The notes below the pieces were generated by a model. The model was given only the letters and a program-made list of their open reading frames with translations, was not told the origin of the DNA and did no database searches. A DNA stretch of 64,000 nucleotides, taken from the NCBI GenBank assembly GCA_019057795.1, contig JAHLWS010000070.1, positions 138,353-202,352 on the forward strand, given 5' to 3'. The position numbers and the translations under genes are program-made. Source of the DNA: Promethearchaeota archaeon. Its GTDB lineage: Archaea; Asgardarchaeota; Lokiarchaeia; Sigyniarchaeales; SOKP01. Of this stretch, positions 33,203-43,164 are shown piece after piece. Positions within the stretch are counted from its first letter, which is position 1. Each line of letters opens with the position of its first letter.

Positions 33203-34996
33203 TTAAATCCAAAAAAGATCAAATCCAAATTTTATAAAAGATAATAGGAAATTACCAACTATAAGAATTAATGCGATAATTCTGATTGTATTCAATACAA
33301 TACTTTTAATTCTTTTTTTGTCGTCATACAAATACTCGTAAGAGATTTCGAAAACAGTATTTTCTTTAAGTTTAGTATTTTCGGGCAAATTTACTAATAC
33401 AGTATCTTTATATCCATCGCCTATTTTATCCACTAGTTCATAGTTATCTTCTCCTAAGATTATTTCACCATTTTGATCCTCTCTAAGATTATCTTTTAAG
33501 TATATTTTCACAGATTCTATTTTTTCCACACGATATTCGGTCAATTGACATTCTGTATCAATTCCTTTATATATTAGCCTATCTTTTTTCTTCTTTTTAG
33601 ATTTGTAATTTTCACCAAAAATCCAATCTACCAATTCTTTCACGAATCTATCTCCATCAAATATTGGTAAAGGCATCATGTTGAATAATGTTATACTAAA
33701 TGCTATAATAAAAAGCCACATTATTTCCCTAAGCAAGAAATCTGGCCAGTTACCGGTAAAAAAATTTGCAAATTCGTTTAGATGCATCCAATAGTAAGTA
33801 CTTTGAACCCCCACGAAGACACCTACAACCTCGACATCTAATATATAATCAATCCCCAGTTCTGAAGTTAGGTTTATGGCTTTTAAAGTAAAACTTGTTA
33901 GTAAAATTTCTAATGTGTCGCCGTTGGATTTATTTATTGCAGTTCCATTTACTTTTGTGATTAAAATGTCTGTTTCCGTATCACTGGAATCATTATAGGT
34001 AATTCGTAATCCCATACCGTTATCCGTATACTCATAACGGATTCCTATATCGTAACGAGGTCCTAAAGTAACATTTTTTTTAGAATAGGATTCACTAAAA
34101 GGGTTATAAGTTTTAAAAGTTAAATTATCTCCAATTGAAAAATTAATTCTAGTACTTTTATTTAATATAGAAGTAAGACTAATTCCTTGGTTTAAATCAA
34201 GGTTCAAAAAATTAGCATCTGGTTCACCTGAATTTTTAATAGCAATGATAGCATCTCCAGCTTCAAGAGTCCCATTATTGAAGCCCCCATCTTGCGGTGT
34301 TAATACAGTATAAACCTGTGTGACTTGTACATAAAAAGGAGAAATTAATGTTGGAAAACTAAGAATTAGCAAGAATGCTAAACCAGCAGTTAACGCATTT
34401 ACATATGTTCCTGCTGCCGCTATTCTAAATCTTGTATTTCGATGGAATTTTGACGATCTTAATTCTCTTTCATCAACTTCTACAAATGCACCAAATCCCA
34501 CTAGGTAAAACAAGCCAACACCAAGTACACCAGTAGATTTAATTTCCACTCCATCGATACTAGCTGAAATTCCGTGAGCAAATTCGTGGGTAGTCATAAT
34601 AAATAATAATGGTAAAAATAAGTAAAATAAAATAGGTAGATCAATTGTAACTCCAGGGATGAGTAAAACAATAGCATTTTCAATACTTGGTTGAAATATT
34701 AAATTAATGATATTTATAAAAAAGAAATAGAAGCCAAAAATTATAAAACCAAACGATACAAATATTCCAATATTCCAAAATATTCTCCACAATTTTGGTT
34801 TTCTTCTTGAAATGTTTATGATAAACTTATTTAGCTTTTTAGTTTTAAATAACGCTAGTAATGGAAAAAATAAACTATATGCTTCTTTTTTATTTCTTAA
34901 TAAAAAAACAAATACGATTACGATAATCCAAAAAGCTAAGGAAATGATAAACCAAGGATTGAGTAAAAAATCTACAATAATATCGAGTAAAGTCAT
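33203..34996 (-). CDS. Site-2 protease (M50 family) with PDZ-like insert and an extra C-terminal soluble domain
   Basis: HEFAH, GAFVE, 'RIAAAG', 'FNMMPLPIFDG'. Confidence 0.92.
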   Translation of the reverse strand: MTLLDIIVDFLLNPWFIISLAFWIIVIVFVFLLRNKKEAYSLFFPLLALFKTKKLNKFIINISRRKPKLWRIFWNIGIFVSFGFIIFGFYFFFINIINLIFQPSIENAIVLLIPGVTIDLPILFYLFLPLLFIMTTHEFAHGISASIDGVEIKSTGVLGVGLFYLVGFGAFVEVDERELRSSKFHRNTRFRIAAAGTYVNALTAGLAFLLILSFPTLISPFYVQVTQVYTVLTPQDGGFNNGTLEAGDAIIAIKNSGEPDANFLNLDLNQGISLTSILNKSTRINFSIGDNLTFKTYNPFSESYSKKNVTLGPRYDIGIRYEYTDNGMGLRITYNDSSDTETDILITKVNGTAINKSNGDTLEILLTSFTLKAINLTSELGIDYILDVEVVGVFVGVQSTYYWMHLNEFANFFTGNWPDFLLREIMWLFIIAFSITLFNMMPLPIFDGDRFVKELVDWIFGENYKSKKKKKDRLIYKGIDTECQLTEYRVEKIESVKIYLKDNLREDQNGEIILGEDNYELVDKIGDGYKDTVLVNLPENTKLKENTVFEISYEYLYDDKKRIKSIVLNTIRIIALILIVGNFLLSFIKFGFDLFWI

Positions 34997-35100
34997 ATAA
35001 GTTTTTTGAGCTTTAGTTTATCGAATATCAAGGTTAATTAAGAATAAAAATTAAGTTTATTCTTTTTGCTGAAATAAGGCAATTTTCTTTTAATGAGTAA

Positions 35101-35844
35101 TTAAGGAATTAAATTATTTTTTTTTAAAAACCAATTATTAATCAAGAATTTTTGAGAAAGGTTCTTTCGAGGAAGATAATGATTATTAATAGTAGATTTC
35201 GGCACCCACATCTCCTTATTATTGAATTCAATTAAAATAGCCTTTTCTGTTTCTCCCAAGATTATTCCATCGACATTACTCAAGTCTTTTAGGATATCTC
35301 CTCGAAGTGCTATGCCAGAAAAAAGGTCGTTTTTATAACAATTAGATTCGTCATTAATTTCTTCAATTTTATTCCTATTACGAAGTTCCTCTTGTTTGAG
35401 TTTAATTACTTTATTTTCGTTGCTAGTTCTAGTTCTTTTTGGTATCGTCGAATAAACTATTTTTTCCTTAAGTAAATGAATCAATAATAACCTTAAAATT
35501 TCCGTTTGAGCAAGATTAAGCATTTTAGAATAAGTTCCAATATTAATCCACAATATGTTTGCATCTTCATCTTCCCAACTAAAAGATAACGAAGTTTTCT
35601 TATCCTTGTAAATATGATGACTTTGCCAATTTAGAGTTTGACGATTTAATACTCGCAAGATCATAACGATCTCTTCTAACGAAATTTTAATTATTTTACC
35701 TTCATTGGTAGAGGGTTTTTCCCAAATTCCATCAGGTTTTTTTTTAATGCAATGGATAAAAATAAAGGGGTCTAAGCTCGAGGGACTACTCACTATCATC
35801 CCGGTGTTCTGTCCGAAAAAGCTTTTTGAATGTGAATCCACCAT
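35101..35844 (-). CDS. Two-domain hypothetical protein (possible Whirly/PC4-like N-domain; C-domain with ETEKA..WVPKS)
   Basis: Long ATG ORF; fold call is inference only. Confidence 0.7.
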   Translation of the reverse strand: MVDSHSKSFFGQNTGMIVSSPSSLDPFIFIHCIKKKPDGIWEKPSTNEGKIIKISLEEIVMILRVLNRQTLNWQSHHIYKDKKTSLSFSWEDEDANILWINIGTYSKMLNLAQTEILRLLLIHLLKEKIVYSTIPKRTRTSNENKVIKLKQEELRNRNKIEEINDESNCYKNDLFSGIALRGDILKDLSNVDGIILGETEKAILIEFNNKEMWVPKSTINNHYLPRKNLSQKFLINNWFLKKNNLIP

Positions 35845-35999
35845 TTTTTTAAAGAGTTGTGTTTATTTTAAATAATTGTAAGATAATATATTTTGAACTA
35901 AAAAAATACCACTAATCTCCATAAAAATGATAAAAAATTAAAAGATAAAATAATTATATGATCTATAAAAAAGAGTTATTCTCGTAAGAAAAAAACCTT

Positions 36000-36106
36000 A
36001 GCGGGGTGGGCTAGCCTGGTTTATGCCGCAGGGCTCATAACCCTGAGAACACTGGTTCAAAAGATTTTGATTGATTTACAACAATCTGAGATTCCAGTCC
36101 CCGCTA
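36000..36106 (+). tRNA. Initiator tRNA-Met(CAT) with a 31-nt intron in the T-loop (36062..36092, position 59/60)
   Basis: A1-U72 acceptor AGCGGGG/CCCCGCT, three G-C pairs in the anticodon stem, CAT anticodon; perfect BHB restores T-loop TTCAAAT. Confidence 0.95.
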
Positions 36107-36274
36107 TTTTATTTCATTTTTTATCTTAAATTGATAAAATCCTTAAAAATGTAAAATGAATTAAAATAAAGAGAAAATTAATTATATTTAACAATTAATA
36201 ATCACGCCTATATTTCATAAAATTTGTTAATATAGTAATCGATTGTATAATAGAAATTTCACATGAGTTAAATT

Positions 36275-37003
36275 ATGAATGGAACTCAATCTTATGAGTT
36301 TTTTCCAGCAATTCGTTGTTGGGTTAAACATCTTTTAGAAGGGAAGTATAACGCTGAAGAAAAGTCAATATTCACGATCTTTGGAGCTCTTAGAAAAATT
36401 CGACTTGTCGCAACAATTACTAATAGAGAAGATTTCGTTAGTAATACATCAACAGGGGAATTAAGCACCAATTTAAGATTCGAACTGGATGATGGAACGG
36501 GTTTAATCTCTGCTGTCAAGTGGGATGTTGATTTAGATAAATATAACGATTTAAATCAAGGAGATATTGTAGATATTTTAGGAAGAGTGGGTTTTTATGG
36601 TGATACCGTTCAAATTAGTAATATCAAATTGATAAAAAAAGTGAAAGATCCAAATTATATCTTACTACGAGACTCTGAAATAATAAAAAAAATTAAATCT
36701 GGAGATATCCACGAGATTCCTATTGATTTTGAAACGGAGGAAGAATTCTCTTTTGATAATACTTCTGATGAAATTCGTATAGACAAAATATTTGGAGAAG
36801 ATCAGCCTTCAGAAGTTGATAAACTTAAAGAAAAGATTTTTTCGATAATATATGAATATTCTCAAGACGGAAATGGTATAAGTCTAAAAGAATTACAATT
36901 AAAGTTGCAGATTCCCGAAAATAAACTGAGGACCTATATTAACGATTTAGTGATGGAATCAAGAATTTATCCAACAGAAGAAAATATATATCAAAGTTAC
37001 TAA
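36275..37003 (+). CDS. RPA2/RPA32-like protein (OB fold plus C-terminal winged helix)
   Basis: 'FELDDGTG.I', acidic linker, WH 'GISLKEL...INDLVMESRIY'. Confidence 0.82.
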   Translation: MNGTQSYEFFPAIRCWVKHLLEGKYNAEEKSIFTIFGALRKIRLVATITNREDFVSNTSTGELSTNLRFELDDGTGLISAVKWDVDLDKYNDLNQGDIVDILGRVGFYGDTVQISNIKLIKKVKDPNYILLRDSEIIKKIKSGDIHEIPIDFETEEEFSFDNTSDEIRIDKIFGEDQPSEVDKLKEKIFSIIYEYSQDGNGISLKELQLKLQIPENKLRTYINDLVMESRIYPTEENIYQSY

Positions 37004-37128
37004 AAACAATTCTAAATAGAAGCGATTTTTTTGAATTTTCTTTTCAAATAATTTTTCAAAATCGATAAATTATTTTTGTTAGAATGATTAATACATTTAG
37101 TAGAAAAAGTAAAAAAAGGTAAACTAAA

Positions 37129-37536
37129 ATGGATATAAACAATTATCAAGAATTATTAGACAAGGGATATGAAAATATCCCCGAAAATGTAAAGAAATTG
37201 TCTAGATTTGAAATACCAAAAGTTCAGATAAGAATAGAAGCTAAGAATACTTATATTACAAATTTCAATAAAATTATCAATACTTTAAATCGCGATCGAA
37301 AACATTTCATTGTTGAGTTTTTAAAAAAAGTAGGGACAATGGGAGAAATGAGGGGACAACATCTATTTTTAAAAGGAGTTTATAAAGAACAAGTTTTAAA
37401 TCGGTTAATTGAATTATATTCTAAAACATATGTATTATGCAATATTTGTAATAAACCTGATACAGAAATTCAAAGAGAAGGGAAAAAAAAATTTCTTAAA
37501 TGCACCGCTTGCGGCGCACATGAAGAAATAAAATAA
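37129..37536 (+). CDS. eif2b: Translation initiation factor 2 subunit beta
   Basis: 'RFEIPK', 'NF..I...LNRD..H', 'YVLC..C.KPDT', 'LKCTACGA'. Confidence 0.95.
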   Translation: MDINNYQELLDKGYENIPENVKKLSRFEIPKVQIRIEAKNTYITNFNKIINTLNRDRKHFIVEFLKKVGTMGEMRGQHLFLKGVYKEQVLNRLIELYSKTYVLCNICNKPDTEIQREGKKKFLKCTACGAHEEIK

Positions 37537-37563
37537 AAATAAAAATAGTTTAATGATTGCCAG

Positions 37564-37860
37564 ATGAGAGTATATCTTAAAATCCATCGTCGAAATGGTA
37601 TCGATACGGTTGCATGTTGCGATGAGTTGTTATTAAGCCAAATTTTTATTGAGGGCAATTTGAAAATTGAAATTAACGATCGCTTTTTTGGGGGCGATCT
37701 TCTAAACATAGATAAGGCAGGAGATTTGTTAAAAAGGGCGTCGTACTTTAATATAGTGGGTGAAAATATAATCAATAAGGCAATTGCCCTTAAAATCCTT
37801 TCTAAAGAAGGAGTTAAAAAAATTAATAATATTCCAATGGCAATAAAAATGATGTTTTAA
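37564..37860 (+). CDS. DUF424-family protein
   Basis: 'VACCDELL', 'FFGG', 'NIVGE'; usual neighbour of aIF2-beta and NMD3. Confidence 0.88.
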   Translation: MRVYLKIHRRNGIDTVACCDELLLSQIFIEGNLKIEINDRFFGGDLLNIDKAGDLLKRASYFNIVGENIINKAIALKILSKEGVKKINNIPMAIKMMF

Positions 37861-38777
37861 TGCCTCATAGATTTTGTGCAATATGTGGAAAGGCTCTAGA
37901 AGAAAAAGCGCCTTATTTTGGTATGTGCCTTAACTGTTTTTTAAAAGAAAATCCATTATTCGAATTGCCAAAAAGTATCAGTTTTAAAATGTGTAGCGAT
38001 TGCAGGAAATATTCAAAAAAAGAAGAATGGATTGAACCTGTTGAAAATGAACTATTTCCTATTATAGAAGAGGTAATATCTCGATTTTTATTAAAATCTT
38101 ATTTAAAACAAGATTTAATCACCTTTTCATTCTCATTTGAAGAATTAATGTTTACTCATAAAGATTTGTTATCTTCTTTTGATCTTACAATTACAGGAAT
38201 TTTGAGAGAAGATCATAAAATAACTCATCAACAAACGATAAAAGTCAAAATAAATTACGAATTATGTAAAAATTGCTCTAATTTAAGAGGGGGAATGTAT
38301 TTTTTATCAATTATTCAATTACGGGTAAAAAATGAGAATCAATTTGAGATTATTAATAAAGTTTTGGATGATATCCTTTATCTTGTAGAGAATATCTTTA
38401 AAAAAGACGATAAACAATATATTTCAAAAATGGAAGATCAAAAACTTGGTGTGGATTTGTATTTAAGTACGAATGAGTTAATGAAACACATAGTTTCACA
38501 TTTAAAGTCAAAATATAATTTTATTTTAAAAAGAACAAAAAAGCTAGTAGGGAGAGATGCTCAAAAGGGAAGAAATCTCTATAGATTAAAAACACTTATA
38601 AAATTTTTACCAATTAAAAAAAATGACTATATTTTTATAAACAAATCCAAATATTTTGTAGAGAATATTACCAAAAATAGGGTTTTGTTAAGAGATGAAA
38701 ACCATGTTAAACTCATAAAAAACTTTTCTTTTTTTGATGGTAAAAAATCGTTTAAAAGGATTATGGATGGGGATTAA
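37860..38777 (+). CDS. nmd3: NMD3-family large-subunit biogenesis protein
   Basis: Four CxxC pairs, 'SIIQLR', 'GVDLYL', 'KLVGRD..KGR.LYR'. Confidence 0.92.
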   Translation: MPHRFCAICGKALEEKAPYFGMCLNCFLKENPLFELPKSISFKMCSDCRKYSKKEEWIEPVENELFPIIEEVISRFLLKSYLKQDLITFSFSFEELMFTHKDLLSSFDLTITGILREDHKITHQQTIKVKINYELCKNCSNLRGGMYFLSIIQLRVKNENQFEIINKVLDDILYLVENIFKKDDKQYISKMEDQKLGVDLYLSTNELMKHIVSHLKSKYNFILKRTKKLVGRDAQKGRNLYRLKTLIKFLPIKKNDYIFINKSKYFVENITKNRVLLRDENHVKLIKNFSFFDGKKSFKRIMDGD

Positions 38778-39641
38778 GTGGAGAAAAAAAACAATGGTTT
38801 TATTGATGAAGATGAGGAAGAACTTAAAAAACAAATTTCAAATGATAATTTTAATAAAAAATTTAATACAAGATTAGATGATTTGGAAAAAAAGAGGATT
38901 GATTCAATAAGAATTAAAAAAATTGATCAAACTAAAAAAAGAGCCACTGTAGATTCTGTTTTTGATGAAAGAATGTATTTACATATAAATAAATTATTAA
39001 AAACTGGACATTTAAACCGAATTGAAGGGATAATTTCTGCAGGTAAGGAAGCAAATGTTTACCTTGCTTACGGTGAAAATAATCGCGAAGTTGCGATAAA
39101 GATTTATAAGATTGATAGTAATACATCAAGATGGATGAGAAATTATATTATAGGAGATCCTAGATTTAAAAAAATACCACATAATATATCAAAAATTATA
39201 TATTTATGGGCAAGTAAAGAGTTTAAAAATCTTAAAAGGGCATATAAAGCTGGTTTGAGCGTACCTGAGCCTATCTATATAAAAAACAATATTTTAATCA
39301 TGGAATATATTGGTTTTGGACCAATTCCTGCACCAAAACTTAAAGATATAAAGTTTCCAAAGGAACCTATTAACCTATTAAATGAAGTTCTTGGTTTTAT
39401 TAAAAGCTTATATCAAAATGCAAACTTAGTTCATGGTGATTTATCCGAATTTAATATTTTATATCATAATCAAAAACCAATTGTAATTGACATCTCACAA
39501 GCAGTCACTACATATCATCCAAAAGCAGAAGTTTATTTAGTGAGAGATATTAAGAACATTTTTAATTATTTTGAAAAAATTGGAGTTGAAATTCCTAATC
39601 CAGAGGATTTTTATTACGAAGTTATAAATTTAGATAAATAA
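38778..39641 (+). CDS. rio1: RIO1 atypical kinase
   Basis: 'ISAGKEANVY', 'AIKIY', 'YIIGDPRF', 'KEFKNL', 'LVHGDLSEFNIL', 'IDISQ'. Confidence 0.95.
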   Translation: MEKKNNGFIDEDEEELKKQISNDNFNKKFNTRLDDLEKKRIDSIRIKKIDQTKKRATVDSVFDERMYLHINKLLKTGHLNRIEGIISAGKEANVYLAYGENNREVAIKIYKIDSNTSRWMRNYIIGDPRFKKIPHNISKIIYLWASKEFKNLKRAYKAGLSVPEPIYIKNNILIMEYIGFGPIPAPKLKDIKFPKEPINLLNEVLGFIKSLYQNANLVHGDLSEFNILYHNQKPIVIDISQAVTTYHPKAEVYLVRDIKNIFNYFEKIGVEIPNPEDFYYEVINLDK

Positions 39642-39687
39642 AAAAATAAACATTCATTATCGAAGGTACTAAAGTTAAAATAGAATT

Positions 39688-40245
39688 ATGAAAATAGGAA
39701 AAAATAGAATTGCGGTAATAATTGGAAAAAACGGTGAAACTAAACGAGAAATTGAAGAGTCACTGGGAGTTAAGATTAATTTGGACAGTGAATCTGGAGA
39801 TTGCGAAGTGAGGCCTGTTATAGGGCACCCAAAATATAATCCCCTTAATATCTTTATTACTCAAAAAATTATTAATGCTATAAACAGGGGATTTAACCCA
39901 ATTAAAGCTATGAAGCTTCTAGACGAAACTTTTGACATAGAAGTTTTTAATTTGTATAGCATATTAGGAAAATCTGAGAAGAAAATAAAAAGATTAAAGG
40001 GGAGGATTATTGGTAGGAATGGTGAAATGAGAAAAGCAATCGAAAGATTTGCCGAGAGCCATGTATCTGTCTATGGAAAAACAGTCTCAATCATTTCCGA
40101 TTATGAGAATTTACAAATCGCAAGAAAAGCAGTAAGTATGATATTGAGTGGGATGCCTCATCACTCGGTACTAAAGTATTTAGAAAATAAATACAACGAT
40201 AAAAAGAAGGAAGAATTTAAAAAATTATATAAGCCTCAATTCTAA
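39688..40245 (+). CDS. Dim2/Pno1 KH-domain rRNA-processing protein
   Basis: 'IIGKNG', 'AINRGF', 'KGRIIGRNG', 'SVYGKTV', 'G.PH..V'. Confidence 0.93.
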   Translation: MKIGKNRIAVIIGKNGETKREIEESLGVKINLDSESGDCEVRPVIGHPKYNPLNIFITQKIINAINRGFNPIKAMKLLDETFDIEVFNLYSILGKSEKKIKRLKGRIIGRNGEMRKAIERFAESHVSVYGKTVSIISDYENLQIARKAVSMILSGMPHHSVLKYLENKYNDKKKEEFKKLYKPQF

Positions 40246-40311
40246 TTAGCGTTTTTGGCTTTCTTTATATTCGGATGTTTGTTTCGCATTGAGTTGAAAT
40301 AGTTATGAACC

Positions 40312-40665
40312 TTAGTCTAACAATTTCTTGATATTTCCTAAAATATCTTTTCCATATATAATTTGCTTAATTTCACTTAATAGATTAGAAATGGAGTAAA
40401 TACTTTCATTAACATAAAGCTCCTTATAAGAATCATTTTTAGTTTTATCAAAATTTATCTCAAAACTTTTAATCGAAAAACTTTCCTTGTTGTAAGGTTT
40501 GAAAACCACTATACATCGAGGATACATGCTCTTTTCTCTTAGGTAGACAGCCCATCCTTCATAAAAATATTTTACCTTGATAGAAAATAAATTTTCCCAC
40601 GCAAATAGACTTTTTAAAACTGTACTTACTTCTCTTTGAGTTTTAGAGCAATATTTTGGATCCAT
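40312..40665 (-). CDS. Hypothetical protein downstream of ftsZ
   Basis: 117-aa ATG ORF, co-oriented with ftsZ. Confidence 0.7.
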   Translation of the reverse strand: MDPKYCSKTQREVSTVLKSLFAWENLFSIKVKYFYEGWAVYLREKSMYPRCIVVFKPYNKESFSIKSFEINFDKTKNDSYKELYVNESIYSISNLLSEIKQIIYGKDILGNIKKLLD

Positions 40666-40712
40666 ATAATTAATTAAAGAAATGAATTTAAAAAGGAGTA
40701 GTAAAAATTACA

Positions 40713-41819
40713 TTAATCAAAAGCAAGTTCACCGATGTTAAAAATATCATTTGATAATCCAATTTTTTTATTAGATATGTTCTTGTTACTAAATGATTGA
40801 ACGGGTGATATATTTTTTCCAAAAATCTGCGGTGATTTAATACCAGTTATAAGGAGCATAACTCTTAAATACCCCTCGTACTCATCGTTTACTCGGGCAC
40901 CCCAGATTACCATCGCATTGTTCACATCCATTTTTTCAGAAATTTTTTTTGCTACAGAATTTGCTTCTGCGAGGGTCATATCGTTCCCTCCACAAATATG
41001 AATTAAAGCACCCTTTGCGCCGTCAATAGATACATCTAGTAATGGTGAGTTGAGAGCGTCTTCAATGGCCTCTTCTACACGGTTACCTTTATTGCCGGAT
41101 TCACCCACTCCCACAATTGCTACTCCTCCCGTACTTAAAATGGTCCTAACATCAGCAAAGTCTAAATTAATTAGTGAAGGTAAAGAAATTGTTTCAGTTA
41201 TTCCCTTTACCATCGTTGCTAAAACTTCATCTGCGACGCTAAACGCCTCTATGATCGGTAAATCTGGAGCAATGTCTAAAAGGCGATTATTATCGATTAC
41301 TACTAGTGTATCCGCGTATTTCTTTAATTCATTAAGTCCCATTTGAGCTTTTTCTATTCGTCCTATTTCAGTATCAAACGGTAATGTGACTACGCCTACA
41401 ACTATTGCCCCTTCAAGTTTAGCTATTTCAGCGACTATAGGTGCGCTTCCGGTCCCAGTCCCCCCACCTTCTCCACAGGTAATAAAGACTAAATTAGCTT
41501 CTCTTAGTATCTTTGTTAAATCTTCACGAGATTCTTCTGCTGCTGCTCTACCAATGTCGGGATTACCACCTGCACCTAAGCCTCGTGTTAAATTTTTACC
41601 AATTAACAATTTTATGTGGGACTCAACGCTTTCTAAATGTTGGAGATCTGTATTTACCGCCACACATTTAGCTCCTTTTATTCCTATTTTCATTAACCGA
41701 TTAATGGTGTTGTTTCCAGCTCCTCCGCATCCAACAATTTTTATATTAGCGTAACCAAAATTTTCACGAGTTGGTCTGATTACTTCTCTCTTTCGAGCAT
41801 TTCTTATTAGAGATTCCAT
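40713..41819 (-). CDS. ftsZ: Cell division protein FtsZ
   Basis: GCGGAGNN, GLGAG, GGGTGTG, T7 loop 'INLDFADV'. Confidence 0.97.
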   Translation of the reverse strand: MESLIRNARKREVIRPTRENFGYANIKIVGCGGAGNNTINRLMKIGIKGAKCVAVNTDLQHLESVESHIKLLIGKNLTRGLGAGGNPDIGRAAAEESREDLTKILREANLVFITCGEGGGTGTGSAPIVAEIAKLEGAIVVGVVTLPFDTEIGRIEKAQMGLNELKKYADTLVVIDNNRLLDIAPDLPIIEAFSVADEVLATMVKGITETISLPSLINLDFADVRTILSTGGVAIVGVGESGNKGNRVEEAIEDALNSPLLDVSIDGAKGALIHICGGNDMTLAEANSVAKKISEKMDVNNAMVIWGARVNDEYEGYLRVMLLITGIKSPQIFGKNISPVQSFSNKNISNKKIGLSNDIFNIGELAFD

Positions 41820-41934
41820 TAAAAAACAACAGATTGTTTTGTATGTGTTATAGAAATAATATAAATGAAATTTTAGAATTAATATAATATGCTCATATTA
41901 TTTGCAAATTACAAAAAAGAACAATTTTAAATTA

Positions 41935-43164
41935 TTAAGTTAGGGAAAAATCATAATTTCTCAAAGGATCAAAAATTTCGGTAATAATCTTATTCTTAAC
42001 AACAATTATTTTAGGGAGTGTATATGGAAACCGATTAGAAAAAGTCAGAGTATACGCTCCGACATTCGTAACCATTACAATATCATTTTCTTTTAAATAT
42101 TTAGTAAAAAAATAATTTTTCGCTAATACATCTTGATCAGTAGGCATAATTCCAGCTATTGAAGTCTTAAATTTATGTGGTTCGTTGATTTTTGATGCAT
42201 TGTAAAATCTTAAAGAGCACTTTGCGAATTTGGGACAAATGTGATTTCCTATATCTAAAAAAATCCATCTATCTTCAGATACCTTAATAATTTTCGCAAG
42301 AAATATACCAGCATCTCCAATAAAATAGCGTCCTGGTTCAAAATAGATATTTTTAAAATTGAACTCAGAGTTACTTAAGGTTGAGTTTATATTATTCGCT
42401 ATTTCTCTTAATTGGGTTTCTGGCATTATAACTGCTTCTGGAAAACCGCCTCCTAAATTAATATTTTCTACATTAATCCCCGCATCTGATAAAATTTTAA
42501 TATTTTCTATGAGAGATTCTACATTTTTTTTAAACTGTCCAAAATTATTCATTTGAGTAGAATAATGAGATAAAATCGTTGTTAATTTGATGTTTTCACA
42601 TTCTTTTACTAAATTTGTTAATTTTGTTAAATTAGATTTGTCTAATACGATTCCTAATTTACTCCCATATTTTTGAGAATTAATTCTAATGCAAATATTT
42701 TGAATTTTTTGATATTTTTTAGCAATCGAGTTAATTTGAATTAAATCGTTTAAGTTATAGACAATAATTTCTTTTATATTCTCTTTTATGCATTTTTCGA
42801 TGAGATTATGTGGTAAATAAGGTCCTCCTACGATAATTTTGTTTGGAGGAAATTGCAATTTTAACGCTAAATTTAATTCAGGTAATCCGATTAATTCAGC
42901 ACCTATACCTTCCGATTGAATAATTTTACAAATTTCTGGGAGAAAATTGGCTTTAAATGAATAAAAACATTGAAAATTTTTAAAAACTGATTTAAATACT
43001 CTACAAAAGGAGTTAATATTATCTCTAACCCTATTTTCTAAAAAAATCATCAATGGAGTTGTTGAATTTCTTAAAATGTCGTTGAGTATAATCGTATCAA
43101 TTAATACATTTCCCTCTTTTTTATTTAAATAGGGATTTCCAGATATTTTCTTCAATTTAATCAA
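41935..43164 (-). CDS. Fold-type III PLP enzyme (DAP/Orn decarboxylase-like) with altered active site
   Basis: 'YSFKAN' PLP Lys, 'NLGGGF', 'EPGRY', 'VGAY'; the usual GPxC Cys is replaced (AGIMPTDQD). Confidence 0.82.
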   Translation of the reverse strand: MIKLKKISGNPYLNKKEGNVLIDTIILNDILRNSTTPLMIFLENRVRDNINSFCRVFKSVFKNFQCFYSFKANFLPEICKIIQSEGIGAELIGLPELNLALKLQFPPNKIIVGGPYLPHNLIEKCIKENIKEIIVYNLNDLIQINSIAKKYQKIQNICIRINSQKYGSKLGIVLDKSNLTKLTNLVKECENIKLTTILSHYSTQMNNFGQFKKNVESLIENIKILSDAGINVENINLGGGFPEAVIMPETQLREIANNINSTLSNSEFNFKNIYFEPGRYFIGDAGIFLAKIIKVSEDRWIFLDIGNHICPKFAKCSLRFYNASKINEPHKFKTSIAGIMPTDQDVLAKNYFFTKYLKENDIVMVTNVGAYTLTFSNRFPYTLPKIIVVKNKIITEIFDPLRNYDFSLT

